DNA from: Octopus bimaculoides
Lineage: Eukaryota
Assembly (NCBI RefSeq): GCF_001194135.2
Contig: NC_068987.1
Location: 64,993,751 to 65,057,750, forward strand
Reading direction: 5' to 3'
DNA length: 64,000 bases
Shown here in pieces: positions 62,510-64,000 of this stretch. The notes beneath the pieces are model-generated. The model searched no databases, had not been told where the DNA came from, and saw nothing but the letters and a program-made list of their open reading frames with translations. Numbering within the stretch: position 1 is the first letter of the stretch; every line of letters starts with the position of its first letter. A program made the position numbers and the translations under genes.

Positions 62510-62883
62510 TTTTACTTGTTTTAATCATTGGACTGTGGCCATACTGGGGCACTGCTTTGGAAGGTTTTAGCTAAATGAGTGAACCCCAGTACTTATTTTT
62601 TTGTTAAGTTCACTTGTTATGCTGTTGGTCTCCTGTGCTGGATTGCTAAGTTACATAAGCATGAGCAAACCAACACCATTTGTCAAGTAGTGGTAGGAGA
62701 CATACACACACACAGTGGGCTTCTTTTCAGTTTCTATCTACCAAATCCACTTGTAAGGCTTTGGTCAGCCTAGGGTTATTGTGTAGAAGACTCTTGCTCA
62801 AGGTGCCATGCAATAGCTGGACTGGACTCTGGACCTTATGGCTGGGAAGCAAACTTCTTAACACACAGCTATGCTTCTACCTG
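62510..62883 (-). mobile_element. SINE family A, full length, diverged
   Basis: ttttacttgttttaatcattggactgtggccatactgggg..gggcttcttttcagtttc..gcaaacttcttaacacacagctatgc. Confidence 0.82.
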
Positions 62884-62989
62884 CACCAATTTATTTATTA
62901 TATTGATTCTTTCATGCTGAATTCCTTCTTTTTTTAGAAATCTGGGACTATTTTTGTAGAGGAGAAGAACAATTGATTGGAACAACTTG

Positions 62990-63470
62990 ATTTTTCCTGG
63001 TCCATTTGCTTTTTATTGATTCTGAAAAGATGAAAACAAAGTTGTTTCATGTGGGACTTGAACTCTCCAAACTTGCTTCTAATAGAGAAGTTCTAACTCA
63101 ATATTCTGTTATTTAGTCATGCATTTCACTGCTCTATGGTATGTACTCCATCATACTGACAATGGCATTTGAGGATATGAGGATATTTTACTGAATTACA
63201 TAGATGGCGCAGTGGTGGAGTAAAGTCTAGAAGAAATTAGATAATATGTATACATCTTGTGTTGAGCCTTTCAGCTACTGCATATCAATATTAGGAGGAA
63301 ATAAAAGAATAATGAAAGAGGAATCTAATATGTAGAAGTGTCCATGTGTGATATCCCCCTTGAGGAGAAATCATTGAAATTCATGTCACAAAAATTTACA
63401 TAACCAGCTGCCTGTAGCATAGGATATCCAAATGTCAAGTATATATGACAGGAAATTCTGCTAGCAGGAT
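62990..63470 (+). mobile_element. Ancient RTE-like RT core remnant
   Basis: LFIDSEK near 63010 (cf. FIDL.KAFD); LLNYIDGAVVE*SLEEIR from 63188 (cf. LLYADDAAL.AHS.EELQ); HINIRRK (cf. L.INIKKT). Confidence 0.5.
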
Positions 63471-63764
63471 TACACTATTGTAATAAGCTCACATTCTCAT
63501 GTATGCAAACACATGTATAAATTCAGATAAGCATACTCATACATGCACACACACACGTTTGCATGCACACAGATATGTGTTGATATTAATGTATACATTA
63601 ACACACATGAACAAACGAACCATATATTGTCATGATTTTTAATGAATAATACCTTGGTCATACTGTAAATCATGCCAGTTTCTAGCTCTTTTGGGTCATT
63701 TACGCATTTATAGTATGTCAATGTACGGCTTAACTGATTTTGTTGTTATTGCCCCACTTTGCAA

Positions 63765-64000
63765 CCATATGGTTTCAAGTTCAATTTTGTTATCTGCTAT
63801 AGAACCAGACTGGCCAGTGTCTTGTGATTGAATTTGGTAGGTAGAAACTGTGTGGAAGCTTGTTCTGTGTGCATGCATTTGTATCTGTGTTTGTCACTCA
63901 CCATTTGAAAACAGGTGTTGGTTTGCTTGTGGTCTTATAGCCCAGCAGTTCAGCAAAGAGAGACCAAAGTATTGGACACATTTTGAAGGTGATATACCGA
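63765..64000 (+). mobile_element. SINE family A, old, runs off the window
   Basis: ttgcaaccatatggtttcaagttc..gaatttggtaggtagaaactgtgtggaagc..cagttcagcaaagagagacc. Confidence 0.65.

Noticed and set aside
63197-63213. CTCF/YY1-like TAGATGGCGC
   Set aside because: It falls on the degenerate YADD-motif codons (Y-I-D-G-A) of an old RT remnant and lacks the upstream CCA; probably coincidental.

Overview
AT-rich, microsatellite-dense eukaryotic genomic DNA with 8 assembly gaps. The repeat repertoire (tRNA-derived SINEs, RTE LINE 3' ends with (GAT)n tails, very dense (AT)n/(GT)n/(AG)n) suggests an octopus/cephalopod draft genome; that is an inference from the repeats. I cannot support any host protein-coding gene. 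The window looks intronic or intergenic, and nearly all ORFs in the supplied track are microsatellite, SINE or N-gap artefacts. Recognisable content: a piggyBac element with perfect TIRs and TTAA TSDs but a broken transposase (11472-13061); a decayed Ty3/gypsy pol (about 2845-4150); several RTE and CR1/Jockey-type LINE remnants; hAT, mariner-like, pogo-like, piggyBac-like and fold-back MITEs; and at least seven SINE-like families. The family letters A-H are my own labels. The most interesting signal is a minimal Penelope-type hammerhead-ribozyme-like fold at the 3' end of a tRNA-headed SINE (54738-54783), with three more degenerate hammerhead-like motifs in unrelated repeats. There is also visible module shuffling between SINE families and a candidate SINE/LINE partner pair sharing a 3' stem-loop. 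All alignments, translations and pairings were done by eye, and boundaries of old repeats are approximate.
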